A DNA stretch of 64,000 nucleotides from Camelus ferus (lineage: Eukaryota), in contig NC_045696.1 in NCBI RefSeq assembly GCF_009834535.1, forward strand, positions 72,976,001 to 73,040,000, read 5' to 3'. The translations under genes were made by a program, and so were the position numbers. Of the stretch, positions 62,406 through 64,000 are shown one piece after another. The number at the start of each line of letters is the position of its first letter. The stretch's first letter is position 1. The notes under the pieces are model-generated. The model did no database searches. It saw nothing but the letters and a program-made list of their open reading frames with translations, and was not told where the DNA came from.

Positions 62406-63164
62406 AACTCTGTTTTGGACAGTGGCAGCTGTTAGAGACAGACATAAGCAAAATGAATGAGATTGGTAATATATAAAACTTAAAAATTTCAAAGAGCATC
62501 TAATGAACATATCAATGTTAACATGAGAGTCTTTATTTTTCCATTTCTTAATTTGCAAACAGAAGAGAAGACTCTAGAAGTTTGAACTTGGGGGCTTGAG
62601 CATATGTTTCCAAATCAAAATGATACACTCCTCAGTCTAATGTTACATTTTAATTGAAAACCCTCGGCACAAGGAAGGTTATAATGAATGTTATTATTGA
62701 TATAGTATATGCAGCGTTCAACCTGAACAGTTGCTTTTCCTTTTATGGACCCTTTTTCATTTTTTTCTAATCCTAAAAAGCTTGACTAGATTTGTTTGGC
62801 TGCAAGCATAGTTCAGGGGCAAAAGCCTTAATTTGAGTATACATAAAGTGACTAATTTAAGTGTACACAATTTAAGAAATAAAATAATAATTTTATATTA
62901 ACATACACACACCTACATTACATGATTAAAACAATATGATTAAAAACCTAATTAGAATCACATGGTGTTATCCTTTTGTATTTCTTGATTTCTGTATGTT
63001 TAGGTAGGTTACATCAATATCAGGTTAACTAAACATTTTATTTATTGTTTCTAGAGTATTTTGTAAACTTTTTTTTAACATGGAGAACAAAAAGTGAAGA
63101 GAAACAAAAAGTAGTCCTACAGAGCTTTGTTTATCCAGACTTGCTAAGATGTCAAAAGACACCA

Positions 63165-63523
63165 GTCTATTAACGCTAGGAGGGCAGCCCTGGAGAGTAA
63201 GGGAATTAGGGAGAGGTTGCGAAAAGAGTGCAAACTTTCAGCTATAAGATAAATAAGGTCTGAGAGTTTAATGTACAATATGGTGTCTATAGTTGATAAC
63301 ACTGTATTGAATAACTGAAATTTGGTAAGAGAGTAGAACTTAAGTGTTTTCCTCAAAAAAAAAAAAAAGAAGAAGAAGATAAATACATAAAGTGATGGAT
63401 GTGTTAATTAACTAGATGGAAGGAATCCTTTCACAATGTGTGCTTGAATCAAATCATCACAATGTACATTTTAAATATCTTACAATTTCATTTGTCAATC
63501 TCATAGAGCTTAAAAAAAATAAA
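63165..63523 (+). mobile_element. L1MA9-like 3'UTR end
   Basis: CAAACTTTCAGCTATAAGATAAATAAG...ATAGTTGATAACACTGTATTG...AAGAGAGTAGAACTTAAGTG...TTAAATATCTTACAATTT. Confidence 0.85.
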
Positions 63524-64000
63524 CACTAGAAGGTAAATCTCACCTATAGTAGAACTTAATCAACAGCAGGCTCTCAAATAATCACTTAATATGCAGAACC
63601 TGTTTCTAAAAGAGGATTATTATATTTTATTTTGAAATATGTAATCTATGGTTTTCATACACATTAAAAAAATTCTAGTTAGTTATGTAATTTATATAGG
63701 GCTGCCCATGTTTGACTTTTAGAAATTAAGACCTTCAACTCTGAAAGACCATTGACAGATAGATGGATAGACAGATAGGTACACACACACAAAGGAAAAC
63801 AATAATTAGCAAAATCTAAGTGAATAGAATTTTTAGATCGGGTCTTTTAACTTTTTTATCCGTTTGTAGAAACTTTGCTCTTTAATACAAAATCTTGATT
63901 TTCAGGGACATAGAACACAAAAATAAGTAAAAAGTCTATTGCTATAGATAAATCACTTGAAATAGAATTTATAAAATCTGAGTTGGTATCACAGTTCTAT

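Noticed and set aside
62157..62558. 133-aa minus-strand ORF
   Set aside because: Produced by a polypurine low-complexity tract lacking stop codons
50653..62748. Isolated CArG boxes (50653, 57704, 62739) and STAT-type TTCnnnGAA sites
   Set aside because: Their number looks compatible with chance in AT-rich DNA

Overview
Mammalian non-coding DNA, very probably from a camelid (alpaca/llama/camel). The evidence is 12 copies of a tRNA-Ala-headed SINE matching the camelid vic-1 family. I found no host protein-coding exon, RNA gene or CRISPR array that I can support; every recognisable ORF in the track is LINE-1 ORF2. Much of the window is transposon relics: one relatively young 5'-inverted (twin-primed) L1, many old L1M fragments, L2, MIR, MER3/MER5/MER53/MER94/MER103-like DNA transposons and an LTR33-like solo LTR. 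L1 fragments lie overwhelmingly on the + strand, which suggests (inference) a long intron of an unidentified minus-strand gene. Consistent with that, two polypyrimidine-CAG|GTAAG motifs (candidate recursive splice sites) lie on the minus strand at ~28.7 and ~46.5 kb. Repeat-poor blocks contain enhancer-like motif architecture: a head-to-head PBX-MEIS/PREP decamer palindrome with a CCAAT box, four abutting E-boxes, and a p53-type element. Repeat subfamily names come from recalled consensus sequences, and boundaries of old repeats are approximate. Nothing here establishes a new biological system; the findings are testable candidates.
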